A DNA stretch of 64,000 nt from Lingula anatina (lineage: Eukaryota; Animalia; Brachiopoda): assembly GCA_051362555.1 (NCBI GenBank), contig CM120640.1, forward strand, positions 11,408,001 to 11,472,000. Reading direction: 5' to 3'. Shown in pieces: positions 13,498 through 25,103 of the stretch. Position numbers and translations under genes: made by a program. The notes under the pieces are model-generated. The model was not told the DNA's origin. It searched no databases and saw only the letters and a list, made by a program, of their open reading frames with translations. Numbering within the stretch: position 1 is the first letter of the stretch; each line of letters begins with the position of its first letter.

Positions 13498-15135
13498 ATG
13501 GGTAGAGTAAAAAGAAGAGATGTACCAGACAGGTAATGTGGGATTAAAAAAAAACAATAGAAATACTGATGAAAGGCAGGTTTCGGTAGCCTACAAGTAC
13601 ACAACACATAATGTGATGTGGCGTTGGTCTTTCCAGCATTCGTAATTTATTTCAGTGGAGTCTGGAGTCCGATATTTTTAAAATGCTAGTGACTTGAATT
13701 TTAGTACACAGATAGCCACATATCTGAATATGAATAAACAGTTTGAATGAAATAGCTATGGCAATTAGATAAATTATAAAGATTTTTAGTGACCCCAAAC
13801 TTCTGCATGCAAGTCTTGTATTACAGTACCTATGTCTTTTCAAAATTTAGTTATTTGGTGGCTTTAATTGGTGCCTCTCCTATTCAAATTAATTAGCTTG
13901 GCAATTTAATTATGGATTTAGCAATGCTTGCCCCAGAAATGACCTTTGCTCGTTTTATATTTAATTTTCTTGTAAATACATTAAAAACATCAACTTTTTA
14001 AAATAATTTATTTGAATAGCAGATACATTGGTAAAAATCACCACATAATTGAATTCACAAAAACACTGAAAATCAATGGCTTTTAATTTTTTTGGGCATT
14101 CTGAAGAAGTAGGTCTACAGGCACAATCATTATTTGAGATGCTATTTTCAAAAAGGTATAACATTATTTTCGACCTTTGATTTTAGTAGTTTGTCAAACA
14201 GAGTAATATATGTGCATGGATAATAGGTAAAGTTAAATAATTTTAGTACATTATAGTATTCTCTCACCCCTACCCCATACATCTTTGATTTGTTATATTT
14301 TTCTCAACTTTAGTTATGTGGGGACTTTATAATTCTAGTCCATTCAAATACACATGATGAAAACTGAGTTCATTTTAGGTGGTGAATATTTAAAGCTCCA
14401 ATTCATGATATTTTATTATTTTAAACTTGGAATAACATGTTGGAAGTGTGTATTGAGGTTCTAATATTGGATTTGAATGTATGAAATTATATTTTGTTCA
14501 GGCAAGAGTTTTATTAAAAAGTCATAGAGGTACATGTACAGTGTGAGTGACAGAGAAAATTTGAAAATTCAGATCAGAGTACAGATGTTAATATTTTCCT
14601 TTTCGTTTTTTTAGGTGGGAAGTATATGAACCGTTCTGTGACCCCATTAAAGGAACAAAATTCATTGCATTTAAAGTGCCACTGAAAGAGGTGAATAGTG
14701 TGTTGAAAAAAATTCTTAATTGACAAATATTTAGATAATTTTTTATCCGTATAACTTGCATCATAAAAGGGACATATCACCATCTGTTTGCAGTCAGAAA
14801 AATGAGTACACAGAACAAAAGATTGTATGATTTAACGAAAGTATAATGGATCAGTATTGATGTAAAGCTGTGTTTTTGTTAAATTTTCAGAGCATTTGTC
14901 AAAAGTTGGATGACAGAAGTCAGTGGTAGGAACCTTTACTATTCCTTTGATATATTCTGGTGTTTCAATCTAATATGTTTTCCATGTTTTTGGCAAATTT
15001 AAAACAAACTTAGGTAATTATAGCCCCTTGTTTACTTAATTATTTATTTATCTGTTATTATGTCAGGGCTTGTAGGGATCCCCGGTGTGTTGTCAGTGGT
15101 AAAATTGCCCTCAATGACTGAATGACTATGACTCA

Positions 15136-15185
<50 letters not shown>

Positions 15186-17880
15186 TCAATTGCATAAAGA
15201 CCTAAATGTCATATTAACATGTAGCAGTTACCAACAGTTTGATACATATGTACTTATGTGTTGTTAGGTTCACTCCATCAATGCTGGTTGAGAAACTATC
15301 AGCTAAGGGCAAGAAACTTGGAGCAATCATTGATTTAACCAACACTCAACGTTATTATGATCCTCAGGTAAGTCATCAGTTTTGTTTCAGATTATATGTT
15401 TTTTCTCTCAAACTCTGGGCATCATTTACTTTTTTTTAGATTGAACTTGAAGTTCTTATTTGTTTGTCAAAGCAACATGATATTATCTTGCTCTTCATAG
15501 GCACACATATAGTAATTTGTAAAAATTATTTAGTAATCTTTTGCAGTATAAAGTAGTAAACCAATTTTTTAAATGTGTAAACAACAGTTCCTTAGGAAAA
15601 ACTTTCTGCAAAAGTATTTCACTGATAGTGACTTTAAAACTAAAGATTAAGTTGGATGAGTATGCCAAAGTTTTTAACTCAGTAATAAAAGAATTGTAAG
15701 TGCCTGTGGTTATATATTTAAATATAATTTTGCAGGAAATAAAAAGCTGTGGGATTGAATATAACAAGCTAAATACAGTTGGACATGTTGTTCCAAGCAA
15801 GGATGTCATTGATAGGTATGTTCAGAACAAGAGCATAGTGCATAAAAGAGATAAATATTCAAAATTTTCATTTAATCTGCATTATGCCTGTTTGATTTAT
15901 AAATGTCATCTAATATCATTTGCTAAACTGTAAACAATACATGTCAGAATGAGAGCTTGTATGTACATTTGATTATTATCAGTAATGAAGTGCATTTATT
16001 AGCTGCAAATGTTATGTCTGATGATATGCAATTTATTATAGTTTTGCCAATATGGTGAGCAGTTTCTTGGAGAGAAATAAAGACACTGGTAAGTCAAATG
16101 CAATTTCAAATGTGGCCACCCACCACATCAAAAAAGTTGTTGTTGGATCATATGCTTTGCACATATCTGTTTTTTTTATCACTTGTGCAAGTATATTTCG
16201 AGGATAAACATCTAATCTAGACTTGAATTTAAAAGTATTCCATTTGAAATGACTGGTTAAGTAATCAACAAGTTATGGCTACTGCTATTAAAGTTAAATA
16301 AATGCATATTTGCAGATCTTCTCTTAGGAGTTCATTGTACTCATGGAGTAAACAGGTCTGGTCATCTCATCTGCAGGTATGTATGTATATTTATATTAAC
16401 ATATTTTTGTATATATTGCAGCATTCATGCATATTACGTGTGCACAGGCAACTACTATAAATGGCTACAAGGACATTGATTGAAAATTATTTTAACGTCA
16501 TATTAAACAAATATGTCCTAGATCACAGTTGCAAAACTTAAGTTAACTCAATAAAAAACACGTTTGCTTCTGTGTGTGCACTTTGTGAGATATTCATCTG
16601 AACAGAATGAAGTTGTGATGAAAAGCTCACCTGTGTGTTGAGGTCATTTGTTTGTAAAAGAGAGTTATCATTTGATGTCTTGATTTGCTATTATTTTCAT
16701 TTAGGTATATGATAGACAAGCTTGGGGTCAGTCCTGATGAAGCCATTCAAGGTAATATTGCTGTGAATAAGAAAATGTCTCAAGATAAATTCAGTTCTTA
16801 AAATGCGAATAAATACATAGAAATGTTATTGTTATATATATACATGCATACAGGCACAAATATGAAATACTAATTTTTGATAAATTGAGAAAAATTAATT
16901 GTATAAATTTCTTGTCTGACAGCATTTAATGAAGCACGGGGTCATAAGATAGAGAGAGAAAACTACCTAGCTCATTTAAGAGGTGAAAGTGTGTAAGTAA
17001 TCTTGCATTGAAATAATTTTTTTATGTAAAGGTTTTATTTAATGTTTTTCTGAATTATTTGATTTTTTACAAAATGATAGGCACTAATACAATTAACAAA
17101 AATGAACACCAATTTCTATTGAGTAAGTGATTCATGTACCAACTTACCACTACTGAAACTTCTCTTTGCTTTTCTTTGAAATATGTTTCAAATCTTGGTT
17201 TTAGGTCACATTTAGATGAGGAACCAATGCAAGGCAGGTCCCACCGTGGTAAATGGAAACGCCATGAAAAAACACATGGTAGGAACAGGAATGTTCCTTA
17301 TCAACATCAGAACAGAAATTTTAGAGAACAGGGTGCTTTCCAGCCAAATCAAAGTGGCTGGTCTGGGTATCAATATGACAATAGATATAATGTATACAAC
17401 AGACAGTATGAAAAGGACAGTGGCAAATGGATATCGAACTTAAAAAATAATGGAAACAGTAGAGAGGAATATGTAGGCAATAGAAAGGGATATAGAAGCA
17501 GTAGAGGGGGATATGGAGGTAGTAGACGGGGATATGGAGGATTTAGAGAGGGATGTGGAGGCAACAGAGACAGATATGGAGGAAATAAAGACGGATATAG
17601 AGGCAGTAGAAACGGATATGGAGGAAATGGAGAGAAATTTGGAGGCAGCAGTGATGGATACGGAGGAAGTAGATGGGAAAATGGAAATTTTGTAGAGAGA
17701 AGATGGCATCATGATGGTTACAGAGGGGGCAGTGGAAGGATAAGAGAGGATTTCAGAGGCTACAGAGGTCACAAATATAACAAACATGATATTTATTCTC
17801 AAGGGGAAGGTGGACAGTTTGGACCTTATGGGAATAACCCTGATAGATACTATTGGCCGAATTATTCAAACATTCAATAA
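13498..17880 (+). CDS. DUSP11: RNA 5'-triphosphatase DUSP11/PIR1 (RNA/RNP complex-1-interacting phosphatase) with a Gly/Arg/Tyr-rich tail
   Basis: About 10 exons splice to MGRVKRRDVPDRWEVYEPFCDPIKGTKFIAFKVPLKE...GAIIDLTNTQRYYDPQ...LNTVGHVVP...[26 protein letters not shown]...FNEARGHKIERENYL. The HCTHGxNR catalytic loop is at about 16332-16357. No guanylyltransferase domain follows, so this is not RNGTT. Last exon 17206-17880. Confidence 0.92.
15139..15183. repeat. (TA)n microsatellite
   Basis: Pure TA run in a DUSP11 intron. Confidence 0.95.
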
Positions 17881-17922
17881 CAGCTTTTGTTTTAACAAAT
17901 CCAGTCCTCAGATTGAATGTTT

Positions 17923-17962
<40 letters not shown>

Positions 17963-18742
17963 CAAACAAATTCCCTCTATAGTAAGTCATGCTTTAGCTT
18001 GGAGGTTTTTATTTTCAAAGACTTTCAATTGATCTCGATAGAGATATAAAATCATCGCTAGTACTTCTGCATCATCCGTGTGACAGAAGAAGGTTAGTTA
18101 AAGCAAAAATACTTTCATTTTAAAGCCAATAAAATTGTACCACCTTGAAACAATGTCCCATTTTAAACATAAAATGACTGAAGGAGAAAAAATCTTTTTA
18201 TTTTTCAGTTCTACTAAAAGTTTAGATTCTGCTTAAGAGCATAATTACATCCTTAATACATCAAATATTTAAAAGTCAATATTTTGCACTGCCAAATATT
18301 TAACATAACAAGATCTTTAAGCAAGTACAAAGCAAGTTATTAAATACACTTAGCTAAATTGCCATCAAGTAAAAATATTTAAAAAATGCAAATTAAAACT
18401 TTTTTAAGTTGTGATGTTCTATAATTGAAGTTATGGAATGCCCACTGTATTTATAAAAACATAAAATAGAAAATATAATGGGCAAACTTAAAGCAAGAAA
18501 TGGTTCTTCAAACAATACTTGGTATTAAGTTTTCTGTAAATTTCCATTTTCAAAAAGAATTTAAATAAGTGGAAAAAAGTGTATTGAGCCATGTTCAGAA
18601 TAAGTATTTCACTCAACTTCTATGGCATTTCAGTAACCAATATATAACTTTTTTCTAGCATATCTGGTGGGGTACCTAGAGGGTTGAGGTTAAGCTAGCT
18701 TTCTGAAGAAATCAAATTGTCTAATATGGCTTCAATCATGGG

Positions 18743-20653
18743 TCAGTCGTCTTCTATGTCCATTGCACATCGTCCTCCTATTGTGCCATCCCATGCATCT
18801 CGTTTGAGTTTTGACTGCTGCCGTTTACGTTCTAAAATCAAGAAATTATTGTACTGACATTGACCAAATTATATAAATCTTTCAAGCATCAATGTCTCGG
18901 ATATGTGGTAGCCTACAGCATCATTTACCAAACATTTTCAATTTCAAAAATGATAGCACAAGGGTATTGCTTTTGTTATTAAAATAATCAAATGCAGACA
19001 GTGTTTTTCTGTATTTAAAACTTGATGTATCTTTTACAAGTATATATTAAACCACAAATTTGACAAATCATTTGGAACCTGCTACTAACTTACTGTAAAG
19101 CTTTTGGAGGTTACATACCTTTTGCTTCTTTCAGCTGTTTTCTTTCTAGTTCTCTTTTCTCTCTGGACACATTGGTGGCAATCCCCAGGGCACCTGCTAC
19201 CAATCTCCTGGCAGCTGCAGCAGTGGTCTCTGGACGGGGCTTGTATGGCTGTAAAAATTCTGAATAAAGAACAATTTTTAAGTTCTATAAAAATTACACT
19301 TGTAACAATATTTCTAGAATTCATTTCGGTTTGTGCATAATATTGTAACTTTCCTAAATTAAATTACCTAAAATTCATATAAATTTTATTGTTGAAAACC
19401 TCATGCCTATTGGAAATCTCTCGGGACTTTACAGGACTGCACTAAATGATATTCAATATCTTTATTCTGGTGTAGTTGCAATTAATTCACATTAAGCATA
19501 AACTCAGTTCACTAAGTCCTTACCAGTGCACCTCTTAGCCTTCACTTTAGTCTGCCTTGTAGCCTGGGAAACTGGACGTGTTTTGAAGAGAGGATGGGTC
19601 ATGCAGAGAGCATCCTGAGCTGTGAAAAGAAGAGCAGCAACATGTACGTAAAAAGACACAAACTTCACCTGTTGTAATCAGACCATTTATGCTTGTGATT
19701 AAACACAACAGACCACATGAAATAATATCAACTAGAATGCTTAATTTCACTTTTATATATTTAACATCATGACAAGAATTTTAATGAAGTTAATAAAAAT
19801 ATAAATTTGTTTAATGGCACACAGAGCAATAGCCCACTAATGGTGTTGCTGGAGTTTATATAAACATTCCTGCAGTTTTCACTTACCTGCCACAGCACTT
19901 GCAAAAACACCTATAGCATGAGTGTCATCAACCCACTTGATATCAAACCCCCTACTCCTTTAAGAAAATACATCAATATTTATGTTTCATGAAACAGTAT
20001 ATATAAAGTAACACATATATTTTCTATGTGAATTAAGGTACGAATTCAATCCAATGTCAAGAATTGTTTGACAACAAAAGAAACAATCTAGCTGAAGCCA
20101 AATTATATTTGGTGCATTATCTACATCAATACTTCATAGTACATCTTTTATTGGTCTCAAGTCCTTGAAATAATTCTAATAACAGACTAATTGCTGAGAA
20201 ATACAAGATCAATTTTCTATAGGAACAGGTCACATTTATAGGAAGTGTCACTTCTGAATAACAAATGGATTAGGAACGACTAAACAAAACACCATTTTAT
20301 CTCATAAAATTGAAAAGAACTTACATAAAAGCCTGAAATACAGTTATAAGATCCCTTGTTTCAAATTCTTTTGGGAAGTCATATATTTCTATGAGATGCC
20401 CATACACTGGAAAAATAAAAATTTGGTACAGTTTTCAACAAATTAATTTCATCAAATCAGTAAAATCTGTGTCATTTCTTATTTTGAAGCACTTTTTATA
20501 AGGTCCCATTACTTACACTCCTGGTCCAACTCTGGGTCCTTAGGCTGGAAGTTGAGGTAATCAAACTGAGGTTTTTGTACCTTCACCTTCCCCACTGCGA
20601 CGGTCAACTGAAAATATTAATAAGACCAAGGCATAATGCTCAAAATTCCCAAA

Positions 20654-20702
<49 letters not shown>

Positions 20703-23700
20703 TCTGATCACTCAATGAAAGATGACAAATTTAAATACGTTCATTCAATAGGGTAATAAAGGGTAATAATAAAATTATTTATTTTCCTTCAAAAATTAGA
20801 TTCCTGCATTCCTGTTATAAAGTTGTAAATTAAGATATTACTAAATAATTTTAAAATCTTTATGAAATAATTTTACCAATAATGACATTACACTAAATCC
20901 TGCTACAGTCAACTGAAAATATTAATAAGACCATGTCCTAATATATATATATGAAATTCTGGTCATTTTTCTCACCTCCTCCATTAACTTAGGATCTAGA
21001 CACTCTCCATCATCATCAAACATTTTATCCCATGAATCTTCATCTTCTTCTTCATCTTCATCTTGAGTTTGTTCTATATTTTCTTCATTGGCATAACTGG
21101 TATTACATGTAGTTACCAACAGATTTTCTTCATGTAAAGATTTGTCAGATATTGGGTTAGTACAATTCTTGTCTATAAGATCATCTTTTTCTGAGAATTC
21201 TACTTCACTTATATTGTTTATTTCAGTTGGCATTCTATTTGTTTCATTAATGTGTTCAGGAATTGGTTCATTTTTCATTTCTAATACTACATCTTCCTTT
21301 TGAAGTTCCTGAGTTGTTTCCTCAGAGCAAACCCCATTGTGGTATGTGTCCCTGCATGTATTTGATATGGTTTCCTCTTTATTAACATTTGCCTCTGTTA
21401 AACAATCTGTTGACTGTTGAAAGTGAACCGTTTCCCCCCTTAAGTCTACTGGTAAGGACTCCCCCTCTATAAGAGTATTCTCTTCAGACCCTGAATAATT
21501 CATAAGCATGACAGTTGTTTCCTCCTCCAGTCTTTGGGCACAAGGCTGTTCCATTTCTACATGATCAGTCTCACCCTGGACACTCTGTTGTGCATCACTA
21601 TACACAGAGTCCGAAGATTCTGCCCCTTTAAGTGTTTCTCCTATATGTACATCTGACTGTACATCAACATCTTTGTCCTTGTCATCTTCGTTTATGTTAC
21701 TTGAATTTAATAGCATTTCCACTGTGGAGGTTTCACCCTTGTTTAGAGATGTAGGTAACTCTGATTCATTACATACCACATCCTCCTTTTGTACTGATGG
21801 CAATGCATTTTTGCCATCAGATGTTGAACTAAACTCATCATCCACAGTTTGATTGATTGGACTTCTTCTTTCGACAGGAGATGCTTCCCTTTTCCCAGAA
21901 TGTTCTAATGGCGACCTGGAGTGCTGTTTGTGTTTGTTATTCAACTTCCTTTTTCTGTTTCCCTTTTCTTCACCAACTAGGGAATTTGAGAGATTATCCT
22001 CTGATTTTGAATTATGTTTATGTTTTTTGTGCTTACAGGTTTTTAATTTTGTCAGTTCTAATTCTCTTAAAGAGTCATTTTTGTCATATGAATTGATCAC
22101 AGATATTCCACTTGAACTTTCTCCAAAATTTCTTTCATATTCAGATTTAATGGGTTTGTCTTGCACAGCTATAGCATTTCCCCCTTTGGGTTCTTCAACT
22201 GGTCTAGTTTCATTAGTTCCATCTGTTGTATCAACTTTAATACCATCTTCTGAAGAAGCATCTTGTGCTTGCTGCCTTCTTTGTCTAGGCACATATACCT
22301 GAGCACTAGGTCTTGATTTTCGGGATCTACCAAGTTGTGGTACTTGAAATGCTGTAGTCTCACTTTCTGCTGCATCCTCCAAGGTTTTTACATGTTGTTG
22401 GGTAGGCACATTCTCCCGAGAATTTTCCCTAGAAGCATGTGTAGCTTGCCAATGAAGCTGATTATCTATATCAGTTGGTAAAGGTGAAACAACTTGTGTA
22501 CGTCTCCCTCTTGGTACATAAACTTGCACTTCTGGTCGCTTTGTTCTTGTTCTATTGTATCATGAAACATTGGAACAAAATATCTATTATCTTGCAAAAG
22601 ATAAAATTAATGCAATATAACTCATTATATGAGGCACATAACATTCTATAACCATGTTAACAGGGTTGAATATCAATATGTAACTTTACTAGCAAGTCCA
22701 CTGTCAAGTTTTTGAAGGTATTGGGAGTGTATTACTGGCACAAAACAGTCCATTTCATGGAATTTGATCGCTTTTCAATTTTTTAAAATTAATGTTCAAT
22801 TTCAACTCCAATTCACTTGGATACAAAAATGAGATCCCTATATGTATTTCACTTAACCTACCTCTTCTTTTCATCATCCTTATTTTTCCTTCTCTGTGAC
22901 AGTGGAGATTCTGATGAGGTTCTGTTTTTAGTCTTGGACTGTTCTACTGGAAAATCTTCACTTGCAGGTTTACTGTTCTTTTTGTCTCTGCCTTGTACTT
23001 TCGCAATTCTGTCATTCTCCATCTGAAAGCCCCTGCAATAATAACAAGAAGTAAACAATTTTACTGGACTTGATCTTTTAAAAACATTGTTTGGTTATCA
23101 TACTGACTGCATGACAGTCATGTTGGACATAATTACTCACAAAAATGAAGAGAATTTTTCAGTTTTCAGTAGATTTCCTGGTCGACAATTAATTTATTAA
23201 CAATTTTTGCCATTACTGGACACAACAGCACTTACTTTATCTATCAATGGCATGATCAGAACTAGACTAACAGACATGCAACTAGACTGGCATCACAAGT
23301 CAAATAACACACAGGTGCCCCATAAAGCAGAATATCAAACCAAATTGTAAAATCTACCTAGTTGAAGGCTTAACATGTTATCAATAAGGATAGTTTCTAA
23401 GTTACATGTAGGCTGTTTGAAAACATGCCTTTACTGCGAAACTCTGATGTTTAATTTGGAAGATTCTGTCATGGTGAATTTAACATACATATACCTCAGT
23501 ACAGTGAGTTGGTGACAGACAGTAGTTCTCCTGTCTTCTCCTTCTCCTATTGAAAAACTACACAAATCTTGGAAATCTTCTGTAGCTTTGTGAATTAATA
23601 AACGATGATAGTTGTCTACTGGAGGAAAGACCAGGACACTGCAAAGAAAAAATCAGTCCATTAAACTAGATGTCATGAACACAGCCTTTTACTGTTACCA

Positions 23701-24260
23701 TTATTGAATTTATATTATTTGCAAATTAACAAACATGTATCCTACATAGATCATATAACTTAATACATTTGCAAAAGACATTGTGACTAATTATATAGAT
23801 CTACTGACTTATTCATTTAGAAGAAAAAATGTAATAAGTCTGAACAAGACAGAAATACGATTTCGATATAATTTAGTTACATATAACTGACATCATTCTC
23901 ACCTATACAATATGTCTAGTTATTGCATAGCATCTAAGATCTAATAAACAGATCTTAGATAGCATCAATAACTACATTTTATGTTTACAATAATTTTCAT
24001 TCTAGCTGTTAATTTATTCTACTAATTGCCAATATATGACAAAATGTACATGAATACAAAGGATATAAATATAAAAATATATAAAAAATGATGACTTGGG
24101 TTAAAGGTAAAATCCTCCCTGCCACCCTTTGCTTGTGAAGTATGTGTTCTTACCTGTCAACTGTTGCTTTTTGTAAGAAATAGCCAATATCTGACGTAAC
24201 TAGCTGAAAAAAGTCACTGTCTTCTTGGCTTAAGTAACGTCGCTCCAGGTAGATAGCCAG
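18743..24260 (-). CDS. R3HCC1L: R3H and coiled-coil domain protein (R3HCC1/R3HCC1L family), probable CUG start
   Basis: Exons 24154-24260 and 23495-23638 give an R3H domain (VLVFPPVDNYHRLLIHKATEDFQDLCSFSIGEGEDRRTTVCHQ). The large exon at about 20976-22549 has repeated QVYVPR motifs and ends EDSWDKMFDDDGECLDPKLMEE. C-terminal exons give HLIEIYDFPKEFETRDL, GFDIKWVDDTHAIGVF, LQPYKPRPETTAAAARRLVAGALG and RDAWDG. TGA at 18743-18745. Confidence 0.9.
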
Positions 24261-24273
24261 TGTGCCCCTTTTT

Positions 24274-24309
24274 TTACTGGAATGCCACAGTTTCCTTGCT
24301 GGGCTGCAT
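24274..24309 (-). promoter_or_regulatory. uORF (MQPSKETVAFQ*) in the R3HCC1-like 5' leader
   Basis: ATG at 24309-24307 and TAA at 24276-24274. Out of frame with the CUG at 24260 and ending 13 nt upstream of it, within the same exon (acceptor at 24334-24335). Confidence 0.55.
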
Positions 24310-24739
24310 GCAGCTGGGGTGATTTTACGTAGTCTGTAATTTTGAAAATAAAATAAATTCCAAAAATAATTATAATTTATACTGGTTAAAATTTGCACAA
24401 TCAAACCAGTTTCCAATTGAAAAATCACATTCATTAAAAAAATCCCGTCATTGTTCAAAATACACCATACTAATACAAATTAATTTTTGGATTTATGTTA
24501 TTACTTATATCAAAAACAGTCTTGTGAGACCCGTCATGCCGTGGAAGTGCAATTGAATCTGCCGTTGAACTGTAAACACGGTTGATGTCAAATATTTCAC
24601 CGAAGCACATTAGGAGGTTCTGGTAAATTAGAACAATCTAATTTCTTGTGTATAATGGAACAAAAACAAAAGGGCAATAACCACTCCCTTAATTTCAAAA
24701 ATTTACATTCACCACACTGAGCAGGAAATTTATGATAGC

Positions 24740-25103
24740 ATACCAACCTTCTTTTGCAGATGTTTGTGTTTTACGTCAGAGATAAAGCGGCCTAGGGACT
24801 ACAGTAAAACTACCGAAATTTATTAGTTTTTCCTTATTTCCACATAGGCTGGATGTGAAGCTTTTCTGTCGTGTATGTTAAGCAGTGCAAATTCATATAA
24901 TAAAAAGAATTACGGGAGTTTATAAACGATCTAAAATACACTTGCAAGATTCTGCCTAAAGTGTTAATTACATGCATGACGTCATCAGATACTGTGTAGA
25001 CAAACAACATGTGCGAGATGGAGTTGGGAGCGACCTTCAAAGTTGATTAACGTTAGAAGAAATACTTAAAGCCACGACCACAGGATGTGACAGCTCAGTA
25101 ACG
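24740..25103. promoter_or_regulatory. Putative bidirectional promoter of the R3HCC1-like and TIR-SLOG genes, with a palindromic CRE
   Basis: Head-to-head gene starts, local CpG enrichment, ATGACGTCAT at 24976-24985 and TTACGTCA at 24772-24779. Confidence 0.55.

Noticed and set aside
21853-22302. Antisense or alternative-frame ORFs over large exons (also 17440-17802, 55629-55949)
   Set aside because: These are shadow ORFs of real coding exons with biased composition.
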